A DNA stretch of 64,000 nt from an uncultured delta proteobacterium (GTDB lineage Bacteria > Desulfobacterota > Binatia > UBA9968): contig CAVXEP010000005.1 of NCBI GenBank assembly GCA_963760795.1, positions 1 through 64,000 on the forward strand. The letters are read 5' to 3'. Both the position numbers and the translations under genes were made by a program. Positions 11,480 to 20,521 of this stretch are shown here, piece after piece (position 1 is the stretch's first letter; each line of letters opens with the position of its first letter). Under the pieces are notes generated by a model. That model saw nothing but the letters and a program-made list of their open reading frames with translations. It was not told the origin of the DNA and did no database searches.

Positions 11480-12859
11480 ATGGCAACTAAATATGACGCT
11501 ATCATTATCGGCACTGGCCAGGCCGGTCCATCGCTCGCCGGGCGATTAGCCGGCGCCGGAATGAAAGTGGCGATCATCGAACGCAAACGCTTCGGTGGCA
11601 CCTGTGTCAACAACGGCTGCATTCCGACCAAGACGCTGATCGCCAGTGCGCGCGCGGCATATATCGCGCGGCGGGCCGGCGATTACGGCGTGACGATCGA
11701 TAGTTCCATCACTGTCGATATGAAGAAAGTCAAAGCGCGCAAAGACGCTGTCGTACGGCGCTCCAACGAAGGCCTCGAGCAGTGGTTGAAGACCACCGAG
11801 CGTGTGACGGTCCATGAAGGCCACGGAAGCTTTGAAGCGGCGCATCAGGTACGCGTCGGCGATGACATTCTCGAAGCCGAGAAGATTTTCATCAATGTCG
11901 GCGGGCGCGCCGCGACTCCTGCGTTGCCCGGCCACGATCAGGTCAGTTATTTCAACAATTCGACCATGATGGAAGTGGACTTCGTGCCCGAGCATCTGAT
12001 CGTCATCGGCGGCAGCTACATCGGTTTGGAGTTTGCCCAGATGTACCGCCGCTTTGGCAGTGAGGTGACCATCGTCGAAATGGCGCCGCGGCTGATTCAG
12101 CGCGAAGACGTAGATGTTTCCCAAGCGATCGGCACAATCCTTGAAGCCGAAGGCATCAACCTCCGGCTGAGCGCCCAATGCATCGCTTTGGAAAAACGCG
12201 GCGACAGGGTGGCCGTCAATGTCGATTGCAGCGCCGGCGATAAGACCGTCATCGGTTCGCATTTACTTCTCGCCATGGGCCGGGTGCCGAACACCGACGA
12301 CCTCGGCCTGAAAAACGCCGGGGTCAGCGTTGATCAGCGTGGCTACATCGAGGTGGATGATCAACTCCGCACCAATGTGCCTGGCATCTTCGCTCTGGGC
12401 GATTGCAACGGGCGAGGCGCTTTCACGCACACGGCATACAACGACTACGAAATCGTCGCTGCCAATCTCCTGGACGGCGACCCGCGCCGGGTGAGTGACC
12501 GCATCACCGCCTACGCGCTCTACATCGATCCGCCCTTGGGGCGGGCCGGAATGACCGAGGCGGAAGTACGCAAAACCGGGCGCAAAGCTTTACTTGGGAA
12601 ACGCCCGATGACGCGGGTTGGCCGCGCGCTGGAGAAAGGCGAGACACAAGGATTCATGAAAGTTCTCATCGACGCCGAGACCAAAGAAATTCTCGGGGCG
12701 TCGCTCCTCGGCATTGAATGCGACGAGGTTATCCATTCGATCCTGGATGTGATGTATGCCAAGGCGCCTTATACGGTGATCCAGCGCGCCATGCACATTC
12801 ACCCAACCGTTACAGAGTTGATACCGACCATGCTCGGCGAGTTGAAACCTTTGGAATGA
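11480..12859 (+). CDS. Class I pyridine nucleotide-disulfide oxidoreductase (MerA-like/RclA-like, no C-terminal CC)
   Basis: GTGQAG, GGTCVNNGCIP redox disulfide, GGSYIGLE, HPT; GGAGG RBS before ATG 11480. Confidence 0.88.
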   Translation: MATKYDAIIIGTGQAGPSLAGRLAGAGMKVAIIERKRFGGTCVNNGCIPTKTLIASARAAYIARRAGDYGVTIDSSITVDMKKVKARKDAVVRRSNEGLEQWLKTTERVTVHEGHGSFEAAHQVRVGDDILEAEKIFINVGGRAATPALPGHDQVSYFNNSTMMEVDFVPEHLIVIGGSYIGLEFAQMYRRFGSEVTIVEMAPRLIQREDVDVSQAIGTILEAEGINLRLSAQCIALEKRGDRVAVNVDCSAGDKTVIGSHLLLAMGRVPNTDDLGLKNAGVSVDQRGYIEVDDQLRTNVPGIFALGDCNGRGAFTHTAYNDYEIVAANLLDGDPRRVSDRITAYALYIDPPLGRAGMTEAEVRKTGRKALLGKRPMTRVGRALEKGETQGFMKVLIDAETKEILGASLLGIECDEVIHSILDVMYAKAPYTVIQRAMHIHPTVTELIPTMLGELKPLE

Positions 12860-12988
12860 AACGACGTGGAAAATCTTTGGCGATTTCTAGCAACCAATTT
12901 GTCCGTCAAGCGATCAAGAGCCGATCATGCAGGACACTTCGGCAAGCGAAAACTCTTTCATTTGTGAGATTTGCAATAGGAGGATGAT

Positions 12989-13264
12989 ATGGCCGTGTCT
13001 TGTGAACATCTGTCGGGTTTGAGCCCAGCGGACTTTCCCCAACAAACGACTCCCAACGCATGTGAGGAGTGTCTGACGGAGGGAACGTTTTGGGTCGCGC
13101 TGCGCGAATGCCAATCCTGCGGTCACGTCGGCTGTTGCGATTCCTCGACCGGCAGGCACGCGACCAAACATTTCCATGACACGCAGCATCCGGTCATGCG
13201 CGCGCTGCCGCCAGCGGCTTGGATTTGGTGCTATGTGCACGAGGCACAGGGTACGCTGGGTTAA
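12989..13264 (+). CDS. UBP-type zinc finger protein
   Basis: CEHL...CEEC...WVALRECQSCGHVGCCDSS..HATKH; AGGAGG RBS. Confidence 0.88.
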   Translation: MAVSCEHLSGLSPADFPQQTTPNACEECLTEGTFWVALRECQSCGHVGCCDSSTGRHATKHFHDTQHPVMRALPPAAWIWCYVHEAQGTLG

Positions 13265-13513
13265 CTTCCACTTGCATCACGGTCAACCGGTGTCATGATC
13301 CCAGAAATGTAACCTGCCGTCATTGGCACGGATACTCAATCGATCGGATAGTCGTCGCTATCCCGCCATGTTCGCTCGAAATTGAGCCACTGGCTCTTTG
13401 ATTTAGCGTCTTAGGATCGCCATACGGTCAAGCCTGCCGGAGATTTAGCCGAGTTTACCCGCCAGTTCATCAGTCAATCGGCGCGCGAAGCACCCAACTC
13501 CTGATCGCTGGAG

Positions 13514-14851
13514 CTATTTCGCGTCGAGCGGCAGTGGCTTGTCCAATGCGATGACCAGGATCTGACTCACCTTGCCCTTGCCGATATTATTGCCCTGCTC
13601 GTCGTACTTGCTTTCTTCACTATCGAAATCGTTATCGTTGGCAACCGCGATGGTATTACGGTCGATGACGGTAACGCCCTCGATCTTCTCCGGCATTTCT
13701 TTGAATTGGTTCAAGTCGAGAACCAGCGTTTTCGGCAGCACACGAATTCCCCCACTGGCGGGATCGTCCAGTGCTTCTAAACTCGGCGAGGTATTCGGAT
13801 CGTCCCACTTGGTCTTGAGAACATTGGTCGCGCCAGCTAGGTCAACGGTGTAAAGTTTCGCGACCCAATCGGTGCGCTCCAAGATCAGTAGTGTCGTTGG
13901 ATTCAGATAAACCACGGCGGATAGTTTCATCTCATCTGGGCTCATCTTGGGTCTTGGATCGAACTCCGCGGCAACGTCGAAACGATAAACATATTCAGCC
14001 GTCACTTGCTCTTTATCCCGATCAAAAACTACGACACGGGTATTGCGCGAGGCATCGCCGATCTTGCGGTCGGGATTGGCCAGCGGGCTTTGCAGCACGG
14101 CATAGAGAGTTTTTTCATCGGCGCTCACCGCCAGCCCCTCGAAGCCGCGGTTGATTTTTCGTTTGCCGAAAATCGCCGGCAACGATTCTTGCACCGGATA
14201 GTCCGCGCCGGGCAGCTTGACACCCGCCGGCACGTAACGCTTGATTACCTTGCCGGTTTTGTCGGCGTGAATGAGCGACGGGCTATACTCATCGGCCAAC
14301 CAGAATTCGCCGGATTTCGTTCGGATCAACCCTTCGGTATCGAGGCCATTGACGTTGAAACCGAATTCCTTCTGCGCCGTGTAATCGTAGGGAGTTTCAT
14401 CGATGGTTTTGGCATTCGGCAGGCCGGTGATCGGCTTGCCGGAACGGCCGACAATCGGCACCGCCTCGACGATTTTGACCGCGCTGCCGTCCAACTTTAC
14501 TCGAACAATGGTGGGATTAAACTCGGGTACCCAGAATGTGCGTCGGTTAGCGCCATCGACTCGGATCTGGCCATTGGGGCCGCGGTCGGTGACCATCCAG
14601 AACTCGCCGGCGGCATCGTTGGCGCCGCGCCACAGATCGCTGCCAACCGAGCCCAACAGCACCTTACGATCATTGGCGACGCTCCCGGCAAACTTGGCGT
14701 TCTGAAAAACCTTGATGGATATTGGCGGAAACTGGGAGATCCCGACAATCCGCGCTTGGGCAAAGGCTTGATCGACCCCGATAGTGACCAGACAGCCGGC
14801 GATACCCAAGTAAACCGTTAGCCATCGAACTCGGACAGAAAGTAAAGTCAT
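13514..14851 (-). CDS. Secreted 'esterase-like activity of phytase' family beta-propeller
   Basis: Signal peptide, TDRGPN, LDTEG, ADEYSP, NRGFEGLA, EKIEG, NDNDF. Confidence 0.85.
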   Translation of the reverse strand: MTLLSVRVRWLTVYLGIAGCLVTIGVDQAFAQARIVGISQFPPISIKVFQNAKFAGSVANDRKVLLGSVGSDLWRGANDAAGEFWMVTDRGPNGQIRVDGANRRTFWVPEFNPTIVRVKLDGSAVKIVEAVPIVGRSGKPITGLPNAKTIDETPYDYTAQKEFGFNVNGLDTEGLIRTKSGEFWLADEYSPSLIHADKTGKVIKRYVPAGVKLPGADYPVQESLPAIFGKRKINRGFEGLAVSADEKTLYAVLQSPLANPDRKIGDASRNTRVVVFDRDKEQVTAEYVYRFDVAAEFDPRPKMSPDEMKLSAVVYLNPTTLLILERTDWVAKLYTVDLAGATNVLKTKWDDPNTSPSLEALDDPASGGIRVLPKTLVLDLNQFKEMPEKIEGVTVIDRNTIAVANDNDFDSEESKYDEQGNNIGKGKVSQILVIALDKPLPLDAK

Positions 14852-14922
14852 TAAGATAGTACCTCCCCACAGCAGGTCCCCGGAAGGTATTGGCGGTTGG
14901 TAAACTGGCGGTTAAGAATAGG

Positions 14923-15099
14923 TTAAGGAATGGTTAAGAACAAAATCGAGATCGTGCGCACCGTCGCTTTGCGCGACTCGATGGCGAATTCGCAGGTCGT
15001 GTCGACGGTGCCGCCATCGAGGCTGAACGAGGGCAGGATCGAATCGTAGGAGTCCCGCGCGACATCGGGCGTTTGGCTCAACCACTTGCTCCTGATCAT
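14923..15099 (-). pseudogene. Probable C-terminal remnant of an ABC solute-binding protein
   Basis: MIRSKWLSQTPDVARDSYDSILPSFSLDGGTVD resembles the C-terminal helix-plus-DG segment of NitT/TauT SBPs (compare 45440-46495); ATG overlaps the reconstructed bioD stop. Confidence 0.35.
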
Positions 15100-15801
15100 G
15101 TTTTCCCTATCCACAACTCGATGTTTCTCAAATCTAGCTCCGCCTCGAAAAGATCGGCGATCGCAGCTACCGGACTCTTGGAACGGCAACTCGGCGAGAC
15201 AAGCGACTCCGGTCAGGCCCGCCAACACTTCGCGGTTGGTGTCGGCAGCGAGAGAATCTTCATTGGACAGTCGGTTCAAAACATAGCCGAGCAAGGTCAA
15301 ATCTTTGCAGCTGGCATGCTCCAAGCTGAGCAGCAGATGATTGATCGCGCCGAGCTTGTTGGCCGCCACGACGATGACCGGCAGTTTGGCGACGCTGGCG
15401 AAATCGGCGAAGGTATAGCTCGGCAAGAGCGGCACCATCAGTCCGCCGGCGCCTTCGACTAAGGTAAGGTCGTGAGCCGCCTTGATCTCGTCGAAGACCG
15501 TGAGCAAGTGGTCGATGTCAATTCTTACCCCCGAGCGTTCCGCGGCGATACTCGGCGCCAAGGGTTCGGGTAAACGGTACGGGCATACCTTCTCAATGGG
15601 CTCGGCACACTCGGACGCTTCCTTGAGACGCCATGCGTCCTCGGGATAGAGCGCGCCATCGCGCATGACGCAGCCGGTCTCAGCCGGCTTCATGACACCG
15701 ACGGTATAGCCGTAGGACCTCAACAACCGCGCCAGGCCGCAGGTAAAAAACGTTTTGCCGACGCCGGTGTCCGTGCCGGTGATAAAGATCGCTTGGCCCA
15801 T
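15096..15801 (-). CDS. bioD: Dethiobiotin synthetase, 3' indel near 15175
   Basis: TGTDTGVGKT, KPAETG, VEGAGG, GAINH. The shifted frame ends PVAAIADLFEAELDLRNIELWIGKT* at TGA 15096-15098. Confidence 0.92.
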
Positions 15802-17160
15802 TTATTTTCCCGTCACCGTGACGATGCAGTCGTGGACCACATCGAGCAGAATCGTCAGCTCGCCGTCGCTCATGCTCAACGGCGGCATCAGCACGATGAC
15901 ATCGCCGAGCGGCCGGATCATCACGCCGCGCTTGCGCGCTTCGAGAATCACTTGATGGCCGAGGCGCATTTCTGCCGGGTAGCTCATTCGGCTCGCCTTG
16001 TCCTGCGCCAACTCGATGCCGATCATGTAGCCCCACTGGCGGATATCGCTGACATGGGCGAGCGGCAGAAACTCGTCGCGCAAGCGCTGCTGCAGCATAG
16101 ACACACGCGGTTGCATTTTCTCGACGATAGCGTCTTTGGCGAACAGTTCGAGATTGGCGATGGCGACCGCGCAACCGAGCGGATTGCCGGTATAGGTGTG
16201 GCCGTGAAAGAAAGTTTTGAAATCTTTGTAGTCGCCGAGAAACGCCGCGAAGACATCCTCGGTGGCAAGCGTCGCCGCCAGTGGCAAATAACCGCCGGTG
16301 ATGCCCTTGGCGACACAGAAAATATCCGGCGTCACGCCGGCATGGTCGCACGCGAACATTTTTCCGGTGCGGCCAAAGCCGGTGGCGACCTCGTCGACAA
16401 TGAATAGAATCCCATGGCTGCGGCACAGTTCGCGGATCGCCAGCAAATAAGCCACCGGCTGCGCCCACATGCCCGCCGCCCCCTGCATGAGCGGCTCCAT
16501 CGCCACAGCCGCTAGCGTTGGCCCATGTTCAGCGAGTTTTTCCGTGGCATCTTTGATCGCCGCAGCTAGGGCATCGGCTTCGCTCATGCCTTGGTAATAG
16601 CGATACACATGGGGCGGCGTGATGCGAATCACTGGGAACAGCAGACTCTTGTGATAGCGATGAAAAGTCTCCGAGTAACCCAAACTCATGGAGCCCACGG
16701 TGTCGCCATGGTAGGACTCCGCCAGCGTGGCAATTCTTACACGCTGGGTGGCGCCTTTGAGTTGCCAGTATTGCACCGCCATCTTCACGGCGATCTCGAC
16801 CGCGGTGGCGCCGCTGTCGGAATAAAAAACCCGTTGCAATCCCTTGGGCGCGATTTCGATCAGTTTTTGCGCCAATTCGATTCCCGGCACGTGACTTAAG
16901 CCGAGAAAGGTCGAGTGCGCCAGGCGATCGATCTGTTGCTTGAGCGCGTCGTCCAATTCCTTCTTGCGATGGCCATGGACGTTGCACCATAGCGACGACA
17001 CGCCGTCCAAATATTTCCGTCCTTGATCGTCGATCAAATAATGACCATCGCCGCGGCTGATGATCACCGGGTCCTCGCTCATCCAATCCTGCATCTGCGT
17101 GAACGGATGCCAGAGATAGCTATGGTCGAGCTGTTTCAGCTTGTCGTGATCGCTGGCCAT
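15802..17160 (-). CDS. bioA: 7,8-diaminopelargonate aminotransferase
   Basis: WHPFTQM, DGVSSLW, SGATAVE, YHGDT, DEVATGFGRTG, AKGITGG, HGHTYTGN. Confidence 0.95.
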   Translation of the reverse strand: MASDHDKLKQLDHSYLWHPFTQMQDWMSEDPVIISRGDGHYLIDDQGRKYLDGVSSLWCNVHGHRKKELDDALKQQIDRLAHSTFLGLSHVPGIELAQKLIEIAPKGLQRVFYSDSGATAVEIAVKMAVQYWQLKGATQRVRIATLAESYHGDTVGSMSLGYSETFHRYHKSLLFPVIRITPPHVYRYYQGMSEADALAAAIKDATEKLAEHGPTLAAVAMEPLMQGAAGMWAQPVAYLLAIRELCRSHGILFIVDEVATGFGRTGKMFACDHAGVTPDIFCVAKGITGGYLPLAATLATEDVFAAFLGDYKDFKTFFHGHTYTGNPLGCAVAIANLELFAKDAIVEKMQPRVSMLQQRLRDEFLPLAHVSDIRQWGYMIGIELAQDKASRMSYPAEMRLGHQVILEARKRGVMIRPLGDVIVLMPPLSMSDGELTILLDVVHDCIVTVTGK

Positions 17161-18317
17161 CGGCGTTTAACTTCCTCGAAGATGTTCAATGCGCGCTCGA
17201 TCTGCGCTTCGCTATGAGTCGCCATCAGGGTTATGCGCAAGCGCGACGTCCCCACCGGCACCGTCGGTGGGCGAATGCCTTGAGCGAATACACCTTGTTC
17301 GAGCAACGCCGCTGACAACGCCATGCAGCGACCGGCATCGCCGACCATCAGCGGCAAGATCGGACTTGTGCTTTTGCCCAATTCAAATCCCAACCGGCTC
17401 AGTCCCTGATTTAGCTTTTGACAGTTATGCTGGAGCGCAGCGCGACGTTCCGGCTCGCTTTGCACCAAATCGATGGCCGCCAGCGCCATCGCCATCACCG
17501 CCGGCGGCAGCGAAGTCGTGAAGATAAAACTGCGGCAGCGATTGATCAACAAATCGCACAGATCCCGGCTGCCGGCGACATAGGCGCCGAAGCCGCCCAG
17601 CGCTTTGCCCAGGGTGCCCATTTGAACCAACACTCGCGAGGCCAAACCCCACTTGGCGACGACCCCGGCGCCGTTGGCGCCGAACACGCCGGTGCCATGG
17701 GCTTCGTCGACCATCACCATGGCGTTGTACTTCTCGGCGAGTTCGACGATCTCCGCGAGCGGCGCCTCATCGCCGTCCATGCTGAAGATCGTTTCGGTGA
17801 CGATCAAGCGGCGGCGCGCCGATGCCGCTTGTTTAAGCGCAGCTTCGAGCTCATTTAGATCGCAATGCGCGTACACCAAGGTCTGCGCTTTCGACAGCCG
17901 GCAACCGTCGATGATGCTCGCGTGATTGAGCGCATCGCTGAGAATCACATCGCCTTCGCCGGCTAACGTAGAAAGGATGCCAATGTTAGCTTGGAATCCA
18001 GAGTTGAACACCAACGCCGCTTCGGTGTTTTTGAATTGGGCGAGCTTCGCCTCCAACTCCTCGTGCAGTGTCATGTTGCCGGAAATCAGCCGCGATGCTC
18101 CCGACCCGCAACCATAACGGTCGATCGCCGCCTTTGCCGCCGCCGCCAACGCCGGATGGTTGGCGATGCCGAGATAGTTGTTCGAGGAGAAATTAATCAC
18201 CTCGCGACCGTCGAGCGTCAATAGCGGCCCCTGCTCGCCCTCCACCAGGCGCAGCTGGCGATAAAGTCCGGCGTCTTTAGCCGATTGCAACTCGGCAGCG
18301 ATGAATGTGGCGCGCAT
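17136..18317 (-). CDS. bioF: 8-amino-7-oxononanoate synthase
   Basis: FSSNNYLG, GSGASRL, DALNHASIIDG, FSMDGD, VDEAH, TLGKALG, IRPPTVP. Confidence 0.95.
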   Translation of the reverse strand: MRATFIAAELQSAKDAGLYRQLRLVEGEQGPLLTLDGREVINFSSNNYLGIANHPALAAAAKAAIDRYGCGSGASRLISGNMTLHEELEAKLAQFKNTEAALVFNSGFQANIGILSTLAGEGDVILSDALNHASIIDGCRLSKAQTLVYAHCDLNELEAALKQAASARRRLIVTETIFSMDGDEAPLAEIVELAEKYNAMVMVDEAHGTGVFGANGAGVVAKWGLASRVLVQMGTLGKALGGFGAYVAGSRDLCDLLINRCRSFIFTTSLPPAVMAMALAAIDLVQSEPERRAALQHNCQKLNQGLSRLGFELGKSTSPILPLMVGDAGRCMALSAALLEQGVFAQGIRPPTVPVGTSRLRITLMATHSEAQIERALNIFEEVKRRWPAITTS

Positions 18318-18393
18318 GGAAGGGGAATTATTGCATCAACGTTACAATTATCAACCTAGCGATGGCCACAGCTTTCCTGCTATAGAATCTCCC

Positions 18394-19755
18394 ATGGCCA
18401 AAGTCAGGTCCGTCTACGCCTGCCAAAATTGCGGCAACCAATCGCCCAAGTGGCTGGGCAAATGTCCCGACTGCAATCAGTGGAACACCTATGCCGAGGA
18501 GCATTTTGAAAAAGCTACCTCGACCCGCGGCGAGCTGAGTCTCGGCAGCAAAGAAGAACCCACCTCCATCGGTGACATCAACACCGCCGAAGAGGGCCGG
18601 GTGCAGTCGGGCATCGGCGAGTTCGACCGCGTCCTCGGCGGCGGTCTGGTGCCAGGCTCGGTGATCCTCATCGGCGGCGATCCTGGCATCGGCAAATCGA
18701 CGCTGCTGCTCCAAGCCGTCGCCGCGGTCAGCCAGAAAGGGCTCACCTGTCTCTACGTCTCCGGCGAGGAATCCCAGCGCCAGATAAAAATGCGCGCCGA
18801 ACGGCTCGGTGTCGCTGCGGCCAATCTCCTCGTCCTCAGCGAAACCTCGCTGGAACGCATTCTCGAACATGTGAAAAAGATCAAACCCGGTCTGTTGGTC
18901 ATCGACTCGGTGCAGACGATGTTCTCGTCGACGATCCCGTCCGCCCCCGGCAGCATCGCCCAGGTGCGCGAAACCTCGGGCTCGATCATCGTCCTGGCCA
19001 AGAAAACCGGACTGACGACCTTCTTGATCGGCCATGTCACCAAGGACGGCGCCATCGCCGGGCCGCGCCTGCTCGAACATATGGTCGACACCGTGCTCTA
19101 CTTCGAAGGCGAGCGCGGCCATAGTTTTCGCATCCTGCGCGCGGTCAAGAACCGCTTCGGCTCGACTAACGAGATCGGCGTCTTCGAGATGAAAGAAGCC
19201 GGCCTCGCCGAAGTCAGCAATCCCTCGGAAATATTTTTAATGGAGCGGCCGCTGCAAGTGCCCGGCTCGGCGGTGGTTTGCAGCATCGAAGGCACCCGGC
19301 CGATCTTGGTGGAGTTGCAGGCGCTGGTTTGCCGGTCGTTTCTCGCCGTGCCGCGGCGCACCACCATCGGCGTCGACCACAACCGCATCGCTCTGTTAGT
19401 CGCCGTGCTGGAAAAGAAGATGGGCGCCAAGCTGTTCGATCAGGATATTTTCGTCAACGTCGCCGGTGGCGTCAATGTCGACGAACCGGCGGTGGATTTG
19501 GGCGTCATCGCCGCGATTAGTTCGAGCAGCCGCGAAGCCGCCCTCGATCCCAAAACAGTTTTCTTCGGCGAAGTCGGCCTCGCCGGCGAAGTCCGCGGCA
19601 TCTCCCAGGCCGAAACCCGGGTCAAAGAAGCCGGCAAACTCGGTTTCGAGCGCTGCATCCTGCCGGCCAGCAACGTCGCCCAGTTAAAACACATCAAACA
19701 TCCCAAACTCGCCCCAGTCAGCTCGATCCAGGAATGCTGGAAGCTGCTCTTCTGA
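18394..19755 (+). CDS. radA: DNA repair protein RadA/Sms
   Basis: CQNCG...CPDC Zn finger, GGDPGIGKSTLLLQ, KNRFG, Lon-like C-terminus. Confidence 0.97.
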   Translation: MAKVRSVYACQNCGNQSPKWLGKCPDCNQWNTYAEEHFEKATSTRGELSLGSKEEPTSIGDINTAEEGRVQSGIGEFDRVLGGGLVPGSVILIGGDPGIGKSTLLLQAVAAVSQKGLTCLYVSGEESQRQIKMRAERLGVAAANLLVLSETSLERILEHVKKIKPGLLVIDSVQTMFSSTIPSAPGSIAQVRETSGSIIVLAKKTGLTTFLIGHVTKDGAIAGPRLLEHMVDTVLYFEGERGHSFRILRAVKNRFGSTNEIGVFEMKEAGLAEVSNPSEIFLMERPLQVPGSAVVCSIEGTRPILVELQALVCRSFLAVPRRTTIGVDHNRIALLVAVLEKKMGAKLFDQDIFVNVAGGVNVDEPAVDLGVIAAISSSSREAALDPKTVFFGEVGLAGEVRGISQAETRVKEAGKLGFERCILPASNVAQLKHIKHPKLAPVSSIQECWKLLF

Positions 19756-19798
19756 AATTGGAATATCGCGCGCAAAAAAGATGAAGAGTTCGGTGCCC

Positions 19799-19856
19799 GT
19801 CATCCCGAGCGAATGCGAGGGATCTAAGATAGATTTCTCCCTGTGGTCGAAATGAC
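19799..19856. repeat. REP-like palindromic element (GTCAT...ATGAC type)
   Basis: gtcatcccgagcgaatgcgagggatct...gatttctcc...gaaatgac, between radA and the tRNA. Confidence 0.55.
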
Positions 19857-20005
19857 AAGATTTCCGAACTTAGCGCTTTGCGCCTTAGCGGGAAAATTTC
19901 CGAATCCAAGAGACTTGCGGATTTGGGAACCGGACAGGCCAGTCGCGCTGCTCTTGAATCCGCTTCAACTGTCCGTTATCAATATGACTCCGCATTACTC
20001 TCAGT

Positions 20006-20091
20006 GCCGGAGTGGTGGAATGGCAGACGCGCCGGACTCAAAATCCGGTAGGGGCAACCCTGTGCGAGTTCAAGTCTCGCCTCCGGCACCA
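20006..20091 (+). tRNA. tRNA-Leu(CAA)
   Basis: Acceptor stem GCCGGAG/CTCCGGC, anticodon arm CCGGA-CTCAAAA-TCCGG, long variable arm, T arm GCGAG-TTCAAGT-CTCGC, encoded CCA. Confidence 0.96.
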
Positions 20092-20171
20092 ATAAAACCT
20101 ATCACTTAGGTAAACCTATCCGCCCAGTATCATCCAATATTTTATATAACTTTAACTAAAGTTTACTTAGT

Positions 20172-20290
20172 TTAGTTAAAGGTTTCCTCCTTGGCCTGCT
20201 CAATCGGTATGACTTTGGCGTTGGCTCTCTGAACCTGAATGCGTTCCGATATCTTTCTTGCCGCATCTTTGAGGTCTTCCTCGTCGACGT
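20172..20290 (-). pseudogene. C-terminal remnant of a tyrosine integrase
   Basis: Minus frame VDEEDLKDAARKISERIQVQRANAKVIPIEQAKEETFN* resembles post-catalytic-Tyr tails of phage integrases; points toward the tRNA 3' end; truncated at ggggtcagcc. Confidence 0.5.
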
Positions 20291-20345
20291 GGGGTCAGCC
20301 TACAGCACGGGGCTATGACAGTTAAGACGGGTAGGATAATCTCCA

Positions 20346-20474
20346 TGTACAGGGACAGCTTCTCCAGATATCGCTTGCGGTCTTGGTCGTCACGGAAAAT
20401 CGCCTGGCGGTTATTTCCCCGGCAAATCACGTGATAAACCGCTCCGGGGTATTCTATGCGTAGCGGCGGGTCAT
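20346..20474 (-). pseudogene. REP-associated tyrosine (Y1/RAYT) transposase, N-terminal fragment
   Basis: MTR[P]LRIEYPGAVYHVICRGNNRQAIFRDDQDRKRYLEKL (one indel after codon 3); similarity lost after about 40 aa. Confidence 0.8.
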
Positions 20475-20521
20475 TCCTATTCTATACTGCGTGGTGCAGT
20501 TCGCAAATAAATTAATATATT

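Noticed and set aside
11480-12859. Mercuric reductase merA
   Set aside because: No C-terminal CC pair, no NmerA domain and no mer genes.
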